Under the pieces are notes generated by a model. The model made no database searches. It saw only the letters and a list, made by a program, of their open reading frames with translations, and had not been told where the DNA came from. A stretch of DNA of 64,000 nt from assembly GCA_050311575.1 (NCBI GenBank), contig JBNOKO010000001.1, forward strand, positions 8,408 to 72,407, given 5' to 3'. The stretch comes from Candidatus Krakonobacterium acarorum (GTDB lineage: Bacteria; Bacteroidota; Bacteroidia; SolTP2). Made by a program: the position numbers and the translations under genes. This document shows positions 42,987-54,940 of this stretch, piece after piece. Position 1 is the stretch's first letter. Each line of letters starts with the position of its first letter.

Positions 42987-45593
42987 ATGGCTATCAACTT
43001 CGATAAATACACAATAAAAGCTCAGGAAGCGCTAGATATAGCTTCAAAAACAGCTATCAACAACCAAAACCAAGCATTGGAGCCGATACACATCTTCAAA
43101 GGATTATTAGATGTTAGCAATAGCACAGCTACATTAATACTGAATAGGTTAAATATCGATTTAACCGAAATTAATGAAGAAATTACAAAACAATTATATA
43201 AACTACCAAAGGTATCATTGACAAATAATCAGGTATATTTAAGCGATAGCAGTACCCAGGTATTAAGCAAAACTGAAGAATTAGCAAAAAAATATAATGA
43301 CGATTTTATAAGTGTAGAAATGCTTTTGCTAAGCATGGTAATAACAAAAAATAATGTCTCTGATTTATTAAATAAACTTGGAATCAACGAACAAAATATA
43401 ATAACAACTATGGATAAAGTAAGAAATGGTAATACTGCTAACTCTCAAACAGCAGAAGAATCTTATGACGCTCTCAATAAATACGCAAAAAATCTAAACG
43501 AAATGGCAAAATCTAATAAGCTGGATCCTGTAATAGGCAGAGATGACGAAATAAGAAGAGTTATTCAAATATTATCAAGGCGTACAAAAAATAATCCGAT
43601 ATTGGTAGGCGAACCAGGAGTTGGAAAAACAGCTATCGCAGAAGGCATTGCTCACAGAATAATAAATTCTGACGTCCCGGATAACCTGCAACAAAAAGTG
43701 ATCTATTCATTAGATATGGGAGCGTTGATTGCAGGGGCAAAGTATAAAGGTGAATTTGAAGAAAGATTAAAAGGCGTAATAAAAGAAATAGAAAAATCTA
43801 ACGGCGATATAATAATATTTATTGATGAAATACATACTCTTGTCGGAGCTGGTGGTGGTGAAGGCGCTATGGATGCAGCAAACATATTAAAACCTGCACT
43901 AGCCCGTGGCGACCTACGTGCAATAGGTGCAACAACGCTTAGCGAATACCAAAAATTCTTTGAAAAAGATAAAGCCCTAGAGCGTAGATTTCAAAAGGTT
44001 ATAATAGACGAACCAAATGCACAAGACGCTATTTCAATATTAAGAGGCTTAAAAGAACGCTATGAAAATCATCATAAAGTTAGAATTAAAGACGAAGCTA
44101 TAATAGCTGCTGTAGAGCTATCTATGCGTTACATTACAAGTAGATTTTTACCAGATAAAGCTATAGATTTGATCGATGAAGCTGCTGCCAAAATACGCAT
44201 AGAGATCAATAGTAAACCAGAAATACTCGACGAACTAAATCGTAAGCTAATGCAACTTGAGATAGAGCGGGAAGCAATGAAAAGAGAAAATAATGAGACA
44301 AAAATACAGAAGCTAAACGAGCAAATATCAAATTTAAAAGAGGAGAAAACAACAATCGAAACCAAATGGAAACATGAAAAAAACCTTGTTGATAATATTC
44401 AAAATAAAAAGCAATCCTTAGAAAAATATAAAGCAGAGATAGAACAAGCAAAGCGTAACGGAGATTTAGCCAAGGCTTCCGAATTACAGTATGGGAAAAT
44501 ACCCGAAACAAACAAAGAGATAAGTACCCTTACGGATAAACTAAAAGAATTCCAAAAAGGTTCAAGATTATTAAAAGAAGAAGTTACATCAGACGATATC
44601 GCTGATGTAGTATCCAAAGCAACAGGGATACCTATCAGTAGCTTAAACGAATCAGACCGAACAAAACTTATAAATCTAGAACAAAAATTACACGAATATA
44701 TATCCGGCCAAAACGAAGCTATAAACGCTGTAGCGAATGCTATAAGAAGGTCAAAAGCTGGCCTACAAGACCCTAACCGGCCTATAGGATCCTTTTTATT
44801 CCTGGGCACTACCGGGGTAGGAAAAACAGAATTAGCGAAAGCCCTTGCTCAATATCTATTTAACGACAGCAATTCCCTAATACGTGTAGATATGTCTGAA
44901 TACCAAGAGCGCCATACAGTATCACGTTTAATAGGTGCCCCACCAGGATATATAGGCTACGAAGAGGGAGGGCAGTTAACTGAAGCTGTTCGCCACAGGC
45001 CCTATTCAGTAATTTTACTTGACGAGCTTGAAAAAGCACATTCAGATGTATATAATATTTTACTACAAATTCTGGATGATGGTAGATTAACAGATAACAA
45101 AGGACGCATTATAGATTTTAAAAATACTATTATCATAATGACATCTAACATCGGATCGCACATAATAATTGAAACTCTGGATAGTTTAAAAAGTCAAGAT
45201 GAGATAGATTCAGCATTAGTAAAGATACAATTAGAAGTAACGGAACTATTACGCAAAACAATACGGCCAGAACTATTAAACAGGATAGATGAAATTATCA
45301 TGTTTAAACCACTAAGCAGAGAGAATATACACGAAATAATAAACCTACAACTACGCAAAATTGAAAATATGTTAGCAAAACAAGGTTTAAAATTACAAAT
45401 CGATAAAGACGCTATGGATTGGCTGGCACAACTTGGATACGATCCCCAATTTGGCGCAAGACCTTTAAAAAGGGTACTACAAAATAAAATCCTCAACGAA
45501 ATATCCAAAACTATTTTATCTGAGGGATTAAAAAACTCTGCTACAATACATGTATCTTTAAATAAAGATAATACTTTTAAGTTTAGTCACTAA
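42987..45593 (+). CDS. clpB: ATP-dependent chaperone ClpB
   Basis: 868 aa; two AAA+ modules ([13 protein letters not shown]; [13 protein letters not shown]), long middle coiled-coil. Confidence 0.97.
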   Translation: MAINFDKYTIKAQEALDIASKTAINNQNQALEPIHIFKGLLDVSNSTATLILNRLNIDLTEINEEITKQLYKLPKVSLTNNQVYLSDSSTQVLSKTEELAKKYNDDFISVEMLLLSMVITKNNVSDLLNKLGINEQNIITTMDKVRNGNTANSQTAEESYDALNKYAKNLNEMAKSNKLDPVIGRDDEIRRVIQILSRRTKNNPILVGEPGVGKTAIAEGIAHRIINSDVPDNLQQKVIYSLDMGALIAGAKYKGEFEERLKGVIKEIEKSNGDIIIFIDEIHTLVGAGGGEGAMDAANILKPALARGDLRAIGATTLSEYQKFFEKDKALERRFQKVIIDEPNAQDAISILRGLKERYENHHKVRIKDEAIIAAVELSMRYITSRFLPDKAIDLIDEAAAKIRIEINSKPEILDELNRKLMQLEIEREAMKRENNETKIQKLNEQISNLKEEKTTIETKWKHEKNLVDNIQNKKQSLEKYKAEIEQAKRNGDLAKASELQYGKIPETNKEISTLTDKLKEFQKGSRLLKEEVTSDDIADVVSKATGIPISSLNESDRTKLINLEQKLHEYISGQNEAINAVANAIRRSKAGLQDPNRPIGSFLFLGTTGVGKTELAKALAQYLFNDSNSLIRVDMSEYQERHTVSRLIGAPPGYIGYEEGGQLTEAVRHRPYSVILLDELEKAHSDVYNILLQILDDGRLTDNKGRIIDFKNTIIIMTSNIGSHIIIETLDSLKSQDEIDSALVKIQLEVTELLRKTIRPELLNRIDEIIMFKPLSRENIHEIINLQLRKIENMLAKQGLKLQIDKDAMDWLAQLGYDPQFGARPLKRVLQNKILNEISKTILSEGLKNSATIHVSLNKDNTFKFSH

Positions 45594-45600
45594 AACAAAT

Positions 45601-45933
45601 ATGGCTGGTATTAAAACAAGATATAAAAGCACAAACCACATCAAAAACATATTGTTTGGTGACCAGAAAAGTTTTTTTTCTTTGCCATACATCCAGAATA
45701 ATTGCATCAGAAGCAAATTAATTAGTTCTTGGCATATTTTAATGGGAGAAGCAATCAATAAGTATACATCATATTTAAACGTACATAACAATACTTTATT
45801 TATTAGTTTCTCAAATAGTGTACTAACGACAGAAATAAATCTGTCCAAAACTAAAACTATAAAAAAAATAAATTTGTTTTTAGGGCATAACTTTATAAAT
45901 GAAATAAGCATAGTAAATGCAAGAAAACAGTAA
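45601..45933 (+). CDS. DUF721/DciA-like small protein
   Basis: 110 aa; pattern …SWHILMGEAINKYTS…NNTLFISFSNSVLTTEINL… resembles DUF721; weak. Confidence 0.4.
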   Translation: MAGIKTRYKSTNHIKNILFGDQKSFFSLPYIQNNCIRSKLISSWHILMGEAINKYTSYLNVHNNTLFISFSNSVLTTEINLSKTKTIKKINLFLGHNFINEISIVNARKQ

Positions 45934-46684
45934 AGATTTTAGTAAAGAAAAAGAGAACAATCTATGGCCTATGCGCTTAAATAAGTTCATAGCTAGATCA
46001 GGATTATGCGCACGTCGGGAAGCAGATATTTTAATTACTCAATCCAAAATTAGTGTAAATGGAAATATTGTTGTCGACCTAGGTTATAAAGTGCAAAAAA
46101 ATGATGTTGTTAAGTTTAAAGATGCTCCTTTAAATCCGGAGGTTTTTGAATATATATTATTAAATAAGCCTAAAGATTTTATAACTACAACTTACGATCC
46201 ACAAGACAGGAAAACTGTAATGCAACTAGTAAACACAGCTAGTGACAAGCGCCTATATCCAGTAGGTAGACTAGATAGAAACTCGACAGGTTTACTAATA
46301 TTAACAAATGATGGTGAATTAGCAAAATATCTGACCCATCCAAGTTCTAATGTAGAGAAAGTGTACCATGTGCTTTTAAATAAGTCTCTTAAGGAGCCTG
46401 ATTTAATTAAAATTCAATCAGGCTTATACCTTGAAGATGGTTTTATAAAACCAGATGAAATAGCATATCCAAATTTCAATAATAAAAAAGAAGTAGGAAT
46501 TACTATACATAGTGGCAAAAATCATATAATTAGACGCATTTTCAAACATTTGCATTATGAAGTGATAAAGTTAGATAGAGTGCTATATCACACTTTAACA
46601 AAAAAAGATTTACCAAGGGGTAAATGGAGGCGATTAACAAAGTTTGAGATATTAGCTTTGAAAAAATTATCTAAGTCTTTATAG
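45917..46684 (+). CDS. rluB: 23S rRNA pseudouridine synthase, RsuA/RluB family
   Basis: S4 domain MRLNKFIARSGLCARREAD…; catalytic PVGRLDRNSTGLLILTNDG. Confidence 0.85.
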   Translation: MQENSKDFSKEKENNLWPMRLNKFIARSGLCARREADILITQSKISVNGNIVVDLGYKVQKNDVVKFKDAPLNPEVFEYILLNKPKDFITTTYDPQDRKTVMQLVNTASDKRLYPVGRLDRNSTGLLILTNDGELAKYLTHPSSNVEKVYHVLLNKSLKEPDLIKIQSGLYLEDGFIKPDEIAYPNFNNKKEVGITIHSGKNHIIRRIFKHLHYEVIKLDRVLYHTLTKKDLPRGKWRRLTKFEILALKKLSKSL

Positions 46685-46805
46685 GTATTAATAATCGACA
46701 AGTAAAATATTGATATATTATAAATTATAATAATCTTATACTATCTGGTGAGGTCTTAAAAAATTATTATAATCCTGCTCTAGATTGATGGTCAGTCAAT
46801 ATTAC

Positions 46806-47954
46806 TTATTTATATTTATGTTGATTGATAATATCAGTATAATATTTTTCATAAATAGGTTGAACTCTATCTATATTAAAGGTTTTAGCGTGAGACGCCG
46901 CGTTTTTCTTAAATTCACATAAACGTTCATTATTATTTAGTAGATACATCGCTTTTTCTGCCATATCGTTTATATCACCTAAATTGCTTAGAAAGCCCGT
47001 TTGGCCTTGTTTATTAACTTCAGGGATGCCCTCTATATTAGTACTTATTATAGGCACGCCGCAAGCCATAGCTTCCAAAGCTGCTAAACCAAAGCTTTCA
47101 TGCTCTGACGGCAACAAAAATAAATCTGATATACTAAGATATTTTTCTACATAATTTTGGTTGCCACAAAAAAATACTTTATCAGATATATTTAAATCTT
47201 CTGATAATTTTTTAGCCATACAAATATCAGGACCATCGCCTATCATTAACAATTTAACGTGCATATGATCCATAACTTTTTTAGCTATTTTAATAACGTC
47301 TAAAACTCTTTTAGTAGATCTAAAATTTGATACATGTATTAAAATTTTTTCATCAGAAGCCAGGAAAATTTTCTCTTTTACCTTTCTTTTTGCAGTTTTA
47401 CTGATTGTTTTAAATTTATCCAGATCAATAAAATTAGGTATCACCTCTATGTTTTGTCTTATGTCAAAATTGGATAAAGTTTTGTGTTTTAAGTTTTCAG
47501 ATACAGAAGTGATTCCATTAGACATATTTAGATCAAATTCTATAGGAAGGCCTAGTATATTATTTTGTATGGCTATTTCTACATCTGTACCATGTAAAGT
47601 CGTTATAAATGGTATTTTAATATTTTTAGTATATAATATTTTTTGTGCTATAAAAGCAGCATGAGCATGAGGAATCGCGTAATGAGCATGTAAAATATCT
47701 AGTTTTTCTTCCGTAACAACTTCGACTATTTTGCCTACTAATGCCAAATCATAGGATGGGTACTTAAACAAATCGTATTTAAGAACTTGTACTTTATGAA
47801 AAAATATATTTGGCCGTTTTATGTCTAATCTACGGGGCTTTTCATAAGAAAAAAAATGTACTTCATGATTAACCTTAGCAAAAGCTTTGCCTAGCTCTAC
47901 AGCTACTGTCCCACTACCTCCATAGGTTGGATAACAAATTACACCTACTTTCAC
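46806..47954 (-). CDS. bshA: N-acetyl-alpha-D-glucosaminyl L-malate synthase (bacillithiol biosynthesis GT4 glycosyltransferase)
   Basis: N-terminus MKVGVICYPTYGGSGTVAVELGKAFA…HEVHFF and …DILHAHYAIPHA…TTLHGTD closely parallel BshA. Confidence 0.8.
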   Translation of the reverse strand: MKVGVICYPTYGGSGTVAVELGKAFAKVNHEVHFFSYEKPRRLDIKRPNIFFHKVQVLKYDLFKYPSYDLALVGKIVEVVTEEKLDILHAHYAIPHAHAAFIAQKILYTKNIKIPFITTLHGTDVEIAIQNNILGLPIEFDLNMSNGITSVSENLKHKTLSNFDIRQNIEVIPNFIDLDKFKTISKTAKRKVKEKIFLASDEKILIHVSNFRSTKRVLDVIKIAKKVMDHMHVKLLMIGDGPDICMAKKLSEDLNISDKVFFCGNQNYVEKYLSISDLFLLPSEHESFGLAALEAMACGVPIISTNIEGIPEVNKQGQTGFLSNLGDINDMAEKAMYLLNNNERLCEFKKNAASHAKTFNIDRVQPIYEKYYTDIINQHKYK

Positions 47955-48163
47955 TCTTAATTTCTATATGATTATTAAAAAAGAAATTGATTATTGAAAC
48001 AAAAATTTATTAGTTAGTTTAAGTGTTAAGAACTACTTTCTATACAGTAAAATTTACAACAAATACTTTATAGTAAATTTTATATATTTTTAGATATATT
48101 TGGCGTGACACTTGCTTAATATATATATTAATTTAAATAGAACCAAACTTAACATTTTTTAAA

Positions 48164-49708
48164 ATGCATATTAACCATACTTCCCTGAAAACCAAGATTG
48201 TTATAATTATAGGAGTTGTAGGGTTTTTCCTTTCAAATAACCTTATAGCTCAGGAAATATACCCAAAAAGAGAATTTAGGGGTGTGTGGATTACTACTGT
48301 TAATAACATAGACTGGCCGTCCCAGCCTGGATTAAATTCTTACAGACAGCAAGAAGAGATAATTAATATATTAGATCAGCTTGAATCGATAGGTGTAAAT
48401 AATGTAATACTACAAGTACGCCCTTCAGCTGATGCTTTTTATGCACAAAGCAATGAACCCTGGTCATATTGGTTAACTGGCAAGCTGGGGAAACCACCTA
48501 AGCCTTACTATCAGCCCTTAAAATTTATTATTGATGAAGCACATAAACGTGGCATAGATGTGCATGCCTGGCTCAACCCATTTAGAGCAGTGCAAGATAG
48601 AACAAAGGCTCGTAGGTATAACAATCCTATAATAACTGAAAAACCTACCTGGTTTGTATATTACGACAAACAAATTTTATTTAATCCTGGGGTTCCTGAA
48701 GTAAGGCAATACATTAATAATATAGTAGCAAATCTTGTAAGGAATTACGACTTAGATGGTATACATTTCGACGATTATTTTTATCCTTATCCTGTACCTG
48801 GTAAATATTTTAATGACTACCGAACTTTTAAACAATATAACCCGACTCAAATACCCAATATAGATGATTGGAGAAGGCATAATGTTAATATATTTGTTGA
48901 ATCGGTAAATAGGACTATTAAATCTATAAAACCATATATAAAATTTGGTATAAGCCCGTTTGCTATATGGCAAAATAGCTCTCAGACTCCGCTAGGGTCG
49001 GAAACTGCCGGATTATCTTCATATAAAACTTTAGAAGCGGATTCCAGGTTATGGATTAAAAATGGCTGGGTAGACTATGTTGCTCCACAAGTATATTTTC
49101 ATATTGGCCATCCTAAGGCAAATTTTACCTGTCTGGTATCCTGGTGGGGAAGTAATTCTTTTGGAAGACATGTTTATGTAGGCATGGCAGCGTATAAAGT
49201 AGGAACTGATAGAAAAAATTGGAATCAAGATCAGTTAACAAGACAAATAGAAGTTAGTCGATTATATAACCATACTGTGCATGGACAAATATATTATAAT
49301 ACTAGCAGTTTCTTAAAAAATCCTATAGGATCAACTTCTAAAATTAAAAATAATGCTTATAAGTATAAAGCTTTGAATCCTTCTATGCCCTGGATACATG
49401 CAAATACGCCTGCCCCACCAACAAATTTAGTTGCAATACGCAGCAAAAATCAATGTAAGCTAACATGGCAACAGAAAGAAACCAGCACATACGTACCTAT
49501 TAAAGGCTACGTAATATATCGATTTAACAAATCAGATAATATAGAAATTAATTCTCCAAAAAATATTATTAATATTGTATACAACCAGGATTTTTATGTT
49601 GATCGCAGTGTACAGAGAAATAAAGAATACGTATATGTTATAACTAGTATAGACAGGCTACATAATGAGAGTATACCTAAAGAACAAGTTCATGTACGCA
49701 TAGAATAA
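48164..49708 (+). CDS. Glycoside-hydrolase-like family 10 (GHL10/DUF187) lipoprotein with C-terminal Fn3-like domain
   Basis: Signal peptide; REFRGVWITTVNNIDWPS and TIM-barrel-like core typical of GHL10/YngK. Confidence 0.65.
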   Translation: MHINHTSLKTKIVIIIGVVGFFLSNNLIAQEIYPKREFRGVWITTVNNIDWPSQPGLNSYRQQEEIINILDQLESIGVNNVILQVRPSADAFYAQSNEPWSYWLTGKLGKPPKPYYQPLKFIIDEAHKRGIDVHAWLNPFRAVQDRTKARRYNNPIITEKPTWFVYYDKQILFNPGVPEVRQYINNIVANLVRNYDLDGIHFDDYFYPYPVPGKYFNDYRTFKQYNPTQIPNIDDWRRHNVNIFVESVNRTIKSIKPYIKFGISPFAIWQNSSQTPLGSETAGLSSYKTLEADSRLWIKNGWVDYVAPQVYFHIGHPKANFTCLVSWWGSNSFGRHVYVGMAAYKVGTDRKNWNQDQLTRQIEVSRLYNHTVHGQIYYNTSSFLKNPIGSTSKIKNNAYKYKALNPSMPWIHANTPAPPTNLVAIRSKNQCKLTWQQKETSTYVPIKGYVIYRFNKSDNIEINSPKNIINIVYNQDFYVDRSVQRNKEYVYVITSIDRLHNESIPKEQVHVRIE

Positions 49709-49743
49709 CAATTTAATATTATTACTTATAACATTTAACATAA

Positions 49744-52437
49744 GTGCAACAAAGCAAATATTATATTAAATTCAGACTTAAGATTTATATAGTTCTAGCA
49801 TCTATCCTACTATCCAGCTGCGGAACTAGCCAATTATCTAAGCTATACCATAATTTCAATGCAAGGTTTAATTATTTAATTAATGCTAGAGAATTATATA
49901 ACAAGACACTAACCGAATTTGAAATATCGAAACCGGACAATTATAATAAACCTGAGCCTATTAAGATTCCCACTGAATCTGAAGCTTTAAGCATGTCAGA
50001 TAATCTTGACGAAGTCATAAAAAAAGCCTCTTTTATAATAAAAAAACATTCAAATAGTACATATATAGAAGAAACCTATATGCTGGTTGCAAAATCAAAT
50101 TTTTATAAACTAAACCTTAACAATGCAAGTAACATATTCCAATATATATACAACAACTTTAATAATGTAAAAATCAAACAAGAAGCAATGGCTTACAATG
50201 CTTTATGCAAAATGCTACTTGGACTTAATGAAGAAGCTAACGAATCAATAGATATAGCTTTAAACATAACAAAGGAACCCAAAGAAATAAACAATATCAT
50301 ATATAAGGCCAACGCTCAAATACTAGCCCATAATAACCATTTCCTTTTTGCCGCTGAGCAAATGAATTTGGCTGCGCTATATTCTAATAAAAACAATCGA
50401 ACAGAATTGTTGCGTAACAAATTAATAGAAGCATTTTATTACAAAAAAGCAAATAATAACATCGCTTCAGAAAATATATATAAAGACATTATAGATAATA
50501 ATACCAAGCCTAAAGCTGTTATAAATAATGCAAAGATAAACTACTTAATGTCGTTGATTGCAAATAAAACTTCTATTAGTAAAATAGAAGAAGAGGTTCT
50601 TCAGGAAATAAACAAGGATGAAAACAAATACGATCCATTATTCCAAAGCCAACTTTATTACTTATTAGGAACACTATATGCTGATGATAAAAATTACGAT
50701 AAAGCAATTACAAATTTTGACAATTCAGTAAAAAAAGCAGGAGTAAATAATTTATACCGACAAGCAATAGGTAACAAAGCAATAGGCGATATTTATTACG
50801 AGAACAAAAAAAACTTTAAAGAAGCAGTGAGATATTATGATATGGTCATAGCAGCTTCTTTAACTAATATTCCTGGCTATAATATATTACAAATAAGAAA
50901 AACCAATTTAAATAATATAAATAACGAATTAGCAGCCATAAATAAAGAAGACACTCTACAAAATTTTGCAAAACTATCGCTTGGCGAGCAAGAAAATATA
51001 GCAGATAATTTAGCTAAAAAAATAATAGCCGAGAACGAAGATTTTAATAATGCTGCAAAACTTAATAATATAAGCGGAACGAGTAATCCGACTTATCAAA
51101 GTGCCGGATCTGGATGGTATTTCTATAATAATACTGCTTTGGCGACTGCTCAATCCGACTTTAAAAGAAGGTGGGGAAATAGAAATTTGGGCGATAGATG
51201 GAGGTATAGTACAGAATCTTCTGACAATAATACTGATAGTAACATGGCTGAGAATATATTAACAAGCGGAATAGCAGATAACATTATCTATGATAAAGAC
51301 AAACTAAAAAACATAATATTAGCTCAAATACCTAATAAACCAGAGAAATTAGAAGAGTCCCAACAAAGAGCAATAAAAGCTTATTCAAAATTAATTGACA
51401 TCTTATATAATACTCTAGGTGAAAACGAACAAAGCATAAGCTACATAAATGAGATGATTAATAAATACCCGAACGTAAAAAATAAAGATGAATTATATTA
51501 CATAATGGCTGAAGCTTACAGTAACATAAATGATAATGATAAATACAATCTATACAAGAACAAACTCATAAATAATTACCCGGAATCTAAATATACAAGT
51601 ATACTTATAGAGCGGTCAAATAAGCCTGAATCTATAAAAGCTGATCAGGAATTGCAGGTAGCTTACAACAGAGCTTTTGAATTATTTACAAACAAACAAT
51701 TCGATCAACTAATAAATGAATATTATCAAAATCAAAATAACAAGGCAAGTTTGAATCTCCAGGCTAGGTATGCATTTTTATGTGCACTTGCTGTAGGAAA
51801 ATTAAATACATCATATATATTTAAGGAGGAGCTAATAAATATTCAAAATACATACCCGAATAGCGTCTATAGTAAAGAAGCTTCCAATTTAATAGCTTAC
51901 ACTGACAAAAACTACGAAAACATAAACACAAGAAAATATGCTATAGCGTGGAATCCTAACGACAATCCTAATAATATATTTAACATGATATATTATAAGG
52001 AACAACAAAAACTACTACAAGAATTAAATAAAATTAAAAACATTCTTAAAAACAGTTACTTTAAAAAGTTAAATTCGCAAGATACTTTATATATAGCAAT
52101 AGCTTTAGATAAAAAAATAAGCACCGACGGTTTACGCTTAAATTTACGTTTATTCGGTAGAAACAGTTTTAACAATCAATGGAATATAGCGCAAAAAGAT
52201 CTTAATGATAATAACCAAATTATATATATAGGGCCGTTTAAGGAACTTAAAGATGCCAATGACTACTACGATCGACTTAAAAAAAATCAGAAATTTGTAA
52301 TAGAAATGGACCCCAAAAATTATGAAACATTTGTTATAACAAATAATAATTTAGCATTAATAAAAAGCAGAACAGAAATTAACGACTATCTAACATATTA
52401 CAGGCTTACAGATTGGCTGAAAAAAACTGATTTTTAA
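49744..52437 (+). CDS. Large TPR-repeat lipoprotein (possibly PorW/SprE-like T9SS component; speculative)
   Basis: Lipobox LLSSCGTS; 897 aa, multiple TPR-like repeats (…YYLLGTLYADDKNYDKAI…); size and architecture resemble SprE, no direct motif proof. Confidence 0.45.
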   Translation: MQQSKYYIKFRLKIYIVLASILLSSCGTSQLSKLYHNFNARFNYLINARELYNKTLTEFEISKPDNYNKPEPIKIPTESEALSMSDNLDEVIKKASFIIKKHSNSTYIEETYMLVAKSNFYKLNLNNASNIFQYIYNNFNNVKIKQEAMAYNALCKMLLGLNEEANESIDIALNITKEPKEINNIIYKANAQILAHNNHFLFAAEQMNLAALYSNKNNRTELLRNKLIEAFYYKKANNNIASENIYKDIIDNNTKPKAVINNAKINYLMSLIANKTSISKIEEEVLQEINKDENKYDPLFQSQLYYLLGTLYADDKNYDKAITNFDNSVKKAGVNNLYRQAIGNKAIGDIYYENKKNFKEAVRYYDMVIAASLTNIPGYNILQIRKTNLNNINNELAAINKEDTLQNFAKLSLGEQENIADNLAKKIIAENEDFNNAAKLNNISGTSNPTYQSAGSGWYFYNNTALATAQSDFKRRWGNRNLGDRWRYSTESSDNNTDSNMAENILTSGIADNIIYDKDKLKNIILAQIPNKPEKLEESQQRAIKAYSKLIDILYNTLGENEQSISYINEMINKYPNVKNKDELYYIMAEAYSNINDNDKYNLYKNKLINNYPESKYTSILIERSNKPESIKADQELQVAYNRAFELFTNKQFDQLINEYYQNQNNKASLNLQARYAFLCALAVGKLNTSYIFKEELINIQNTYPNSVYSKEASNLIAYTDKNYENINTRKYAIAWNPNDNPNNIFNMIYYKEQQKLLQELNKIKNILKNSYFKKLNSQDTLYIAIALDKKISTDGLRLNLRLFGRNSFNNQWNIAQKDLNDNNQIIYIGPFKELKDANDYYDRLKKNQKFVIEMDPKNYETFVITNNNLALIKSRTEINDYLTYYRLTDWLKKTDF

Positions 52438-52528
52438 GACCTTACTAAACCCTCTATATTAAATTTAATTCGTTATAATTCAATATATTTAGTTTTTAGA
52501 AAGAAATACTTAATATGACAATTATAAA

Positions 52529-54886
52529 ATGTGTACTAACAATCCTGGCACTAAGAAATTCATAAAATTATTCTGGATTATATTCTGCAGTATACTAGGA
52601 TCAATAGCTTTATTAATAACTTTAACATATTTCGAAGTATTTGGCAAACTACCAAGCTTTATAGAGCTAGAAAACCCCAAAAGCAATATTGCATCGGAAG
52701 TAATATCTTCTGATGGACATAACCTGGGAACCTATTATACTGAATATCGCTCTATGGCGGAAGCTAAAGAAATATCTCATAACGTTATAAATGCCCTTAT
52801 TGCTACAGAAGATATACGATTTTATTCACATTCGGGAATAGATTTTTACAGGATGCTATCCATATTCTACTTTAATTTAATAGGTAAAAAACAAGGTGCA
52901 AGTACAATAACACAACAATTAGCACTTAATTTATTTGATAAAAGAGAAAAAGATTTGATAAAGCGTTTAATACAAAAAATAAAAGAATCTATAATTGCTA
53001 TACAACTAGAAAAACGTTATACAAAAGAGACTATTGCGGCAATGTATTTAAACACCGTGTTTTTTGGAAGCAATGCTTTCGGTATAAAAGCGGCAGCAAA
53101 AACATTTTTTAATACTACGCCAGACAAACTAACTATAAACCAATCTGCAATATTAATAGGTGCCCTTAAAGGCGTAACACTATATTCTCCAATACGCAAC
53201 CCACAAAGGGCGATAATAAGACGCAATGTTGTTCTAAAACAAATGGTGAAAGCAAACTTATTATCGAAGGCTCAATATGTCGCATACGCCGCTGAAGACC
53301 TAAACCTTGATTATCACCCTATAAACAATGTTGACGGTTTAGCCCCATACTTTAGAGAAGTATTAAAAAAAGAAATAGTAGACATGATAAATGACGGCAC
53401 TATAGCAAAAAAAGCTGATGGTTCTACATATAATATATATAAAGATGGATTAAAAATTTACACAACGATAAATTCTACATTACAAAAAAAAGCTGAAGAA
53501 GCTATTGCAGAAAATCTTAAATCGTTACAAGAAGATTTTTTTAAATACTGGCAGGATAAAAATCAATATCCATGGACTAACATACCAGGATATATAGATA
53601 AAGCTATAGAAACAAGTCTAGCTTACAAAGAACTAGCGTCTGAAGGGTTATCAAAAACAGAAATATATTTAAAACTAAATGAACCAGTTCTAACTACTCT
53701 TTTCAGTTGGGATGGTCCAAAAGAAGTAGAGATATCACCTATAGATTCAATAAAATATTATAAAATGATATTGCGATCTGCTATGATGTCTATGAATCCG
53801 CATAATGGGCATGTGCTAGCCTGGGTAGGTGGACCGGATTTTAAATATTTTAAATACGACCAGGTTAAACAAGGAAAAAGACAAATAGGGTCTACTTTTA
53901 AGCCTTTCGTATACGTAACAGCTATAGACAATGGGTTTTCCCCATGTCAAAAAATTCCGAATGAACCTGTTACCTTTGAAGACCAGCCCGATTATCATCC
54001 ACAAAATGCTGGTGGTAAATCCGGGGGGTATATGACAATACTAGAAGGTTTAGCTCGGTCAGTAAACTTAATAACTATTAATCTTACGCATCAACTAGGT
54101 CCTAAAAGTATCGTAGAGACAGCGCATAAAATGGGGATATCTTCATATCTACCTGCTGTACCCTCAATAGGTTTAGGGGTTGCAGACATATCATTATACG
54201 AAATGGTAGGAGCATATAGTACTTTTGCAAATAAAGGCATTTGGATAAAGCCTATATATCTTACTAAAATTGAAGATGCTAATGGGAATATTATATACAG
54301 CAACAAACCTGTAGTACGGCAAGCAATAAGCGAGCAAACTGCATACGTAATGCTAAAAATGATGGAAGAAGCTACAAACAGAGGAACTGCTATAAGATTA
54401 CGTAGACCACAGGCCCCATATAATATACCATATCCTATAGCATCTAAAACTGGTACTACCAATGATCAATCAGATGGATGGTATATAGGAATAACCCCTG
54501 ATCTTGTAACAGGAGTATGGACAGGAGGTGAAGATAGAATAATAAGATTTTATTCTCTGGCCTTAGGTGGTGGTACTAACTCTGCTTTACCTGCATGGTC
54601 TATATATATGAACAAAGTTTATAAAGATGAGGATTATAAAGTAAGTACGGAGGATTTCTTAGCACCAGATAATTTATCTATAGAGTTAGACTGCGAAAAA
54701 TACGCGCAGTTCACAGGGACGCCAGAATCAGAAGAAAATATTAGCAATACTCCTGGCAATCCAAATAATCTTAATGAAGAAAGAGACAAAAATATTTACG
54801 ATAACAATTATCATGATAATATAAATAACATAAAAGATATTTACAAAGGAGATAACGTAGATGATGGTCACGATCTAAATTTTTAA
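52529..54886 (+). CDS. mrcA: Penicillin-binding protein 1A (bifunctional transglycosylase/transpeptidase)
   Basis: GT51 motifs (EDIRFYSHSGID, GASTITQQL) and transpeptidase STFKP, SxN, KTGT. Confidence 0.9.
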   Translation: MCTNNPGTKKFIKLFWIIFCSILGSIALLITLTYFEVFGKLPSFIELENPKSNIASEVISSDGHNLGTYYTEYRSMAEAKEISHNVINALIATEDIRFYSHSGIDFYRMLSIFYFNLIGKKQGASTITQQLALNLFDKREKDLIKRLIQKIKESIIAIQLEKRYTKETIAAMYLNTVFFGSNAFGIKAAAKTFFNTTPDKLTINQSAILIGALKGVTLYSPIRNPQRAIIRRNVVLKQMVKANLLSKAQYVAYAAEDLNLDYHPINNVDGLAPYFREVLKKEIVDMINDGTIAKKADGSTYNIYKDGLKIYTTINSTLQKKAEEAIAENLKSLQEDFFKYWQDKNQYPWTNIPGYIDKAIETSLAYKELASEGLSKTEIYLKLNEPVLTTLFSWDGPKEVEISPIDSIKYYKMILRSAMMSMNPHNGHVLAWVGGPDFKYFKYDQVKQGKRQIGSTFKPFVYVTAIDNGFSPCQKIPNEPVTFEDQPDYHPQNAGGKSGGYMTILEGLARSVNLITINLTHQLGPKSIVETAHKMGISSYLPAVPSIGLGVADISLYEMVGAYSTFANKGIWIKPIYLTKIEDANGNIIYSNKPVVRQAISEQTAYVMLKMMEEATNRGTAIRLRRPQAPYNIPYPIASKTGTTNDQSDGWYIGITPDLVTGVWTGGEDRIIRFYSLALGGGTNSALPAWSIYMNKVYKDEDYKVSTEDFLAPDNLSIELDCEKYAQFTGTPESEENISNTPGNPNNLNEERDKNIYDNNYHDNINNIKDIYKGDNVDDGHDLNF

Positions 54887-54940
54887 CCTTAATTAGACTA
54901 CATAACCTTACTATAAATTAGACTTTTAAACTTAAAATAA

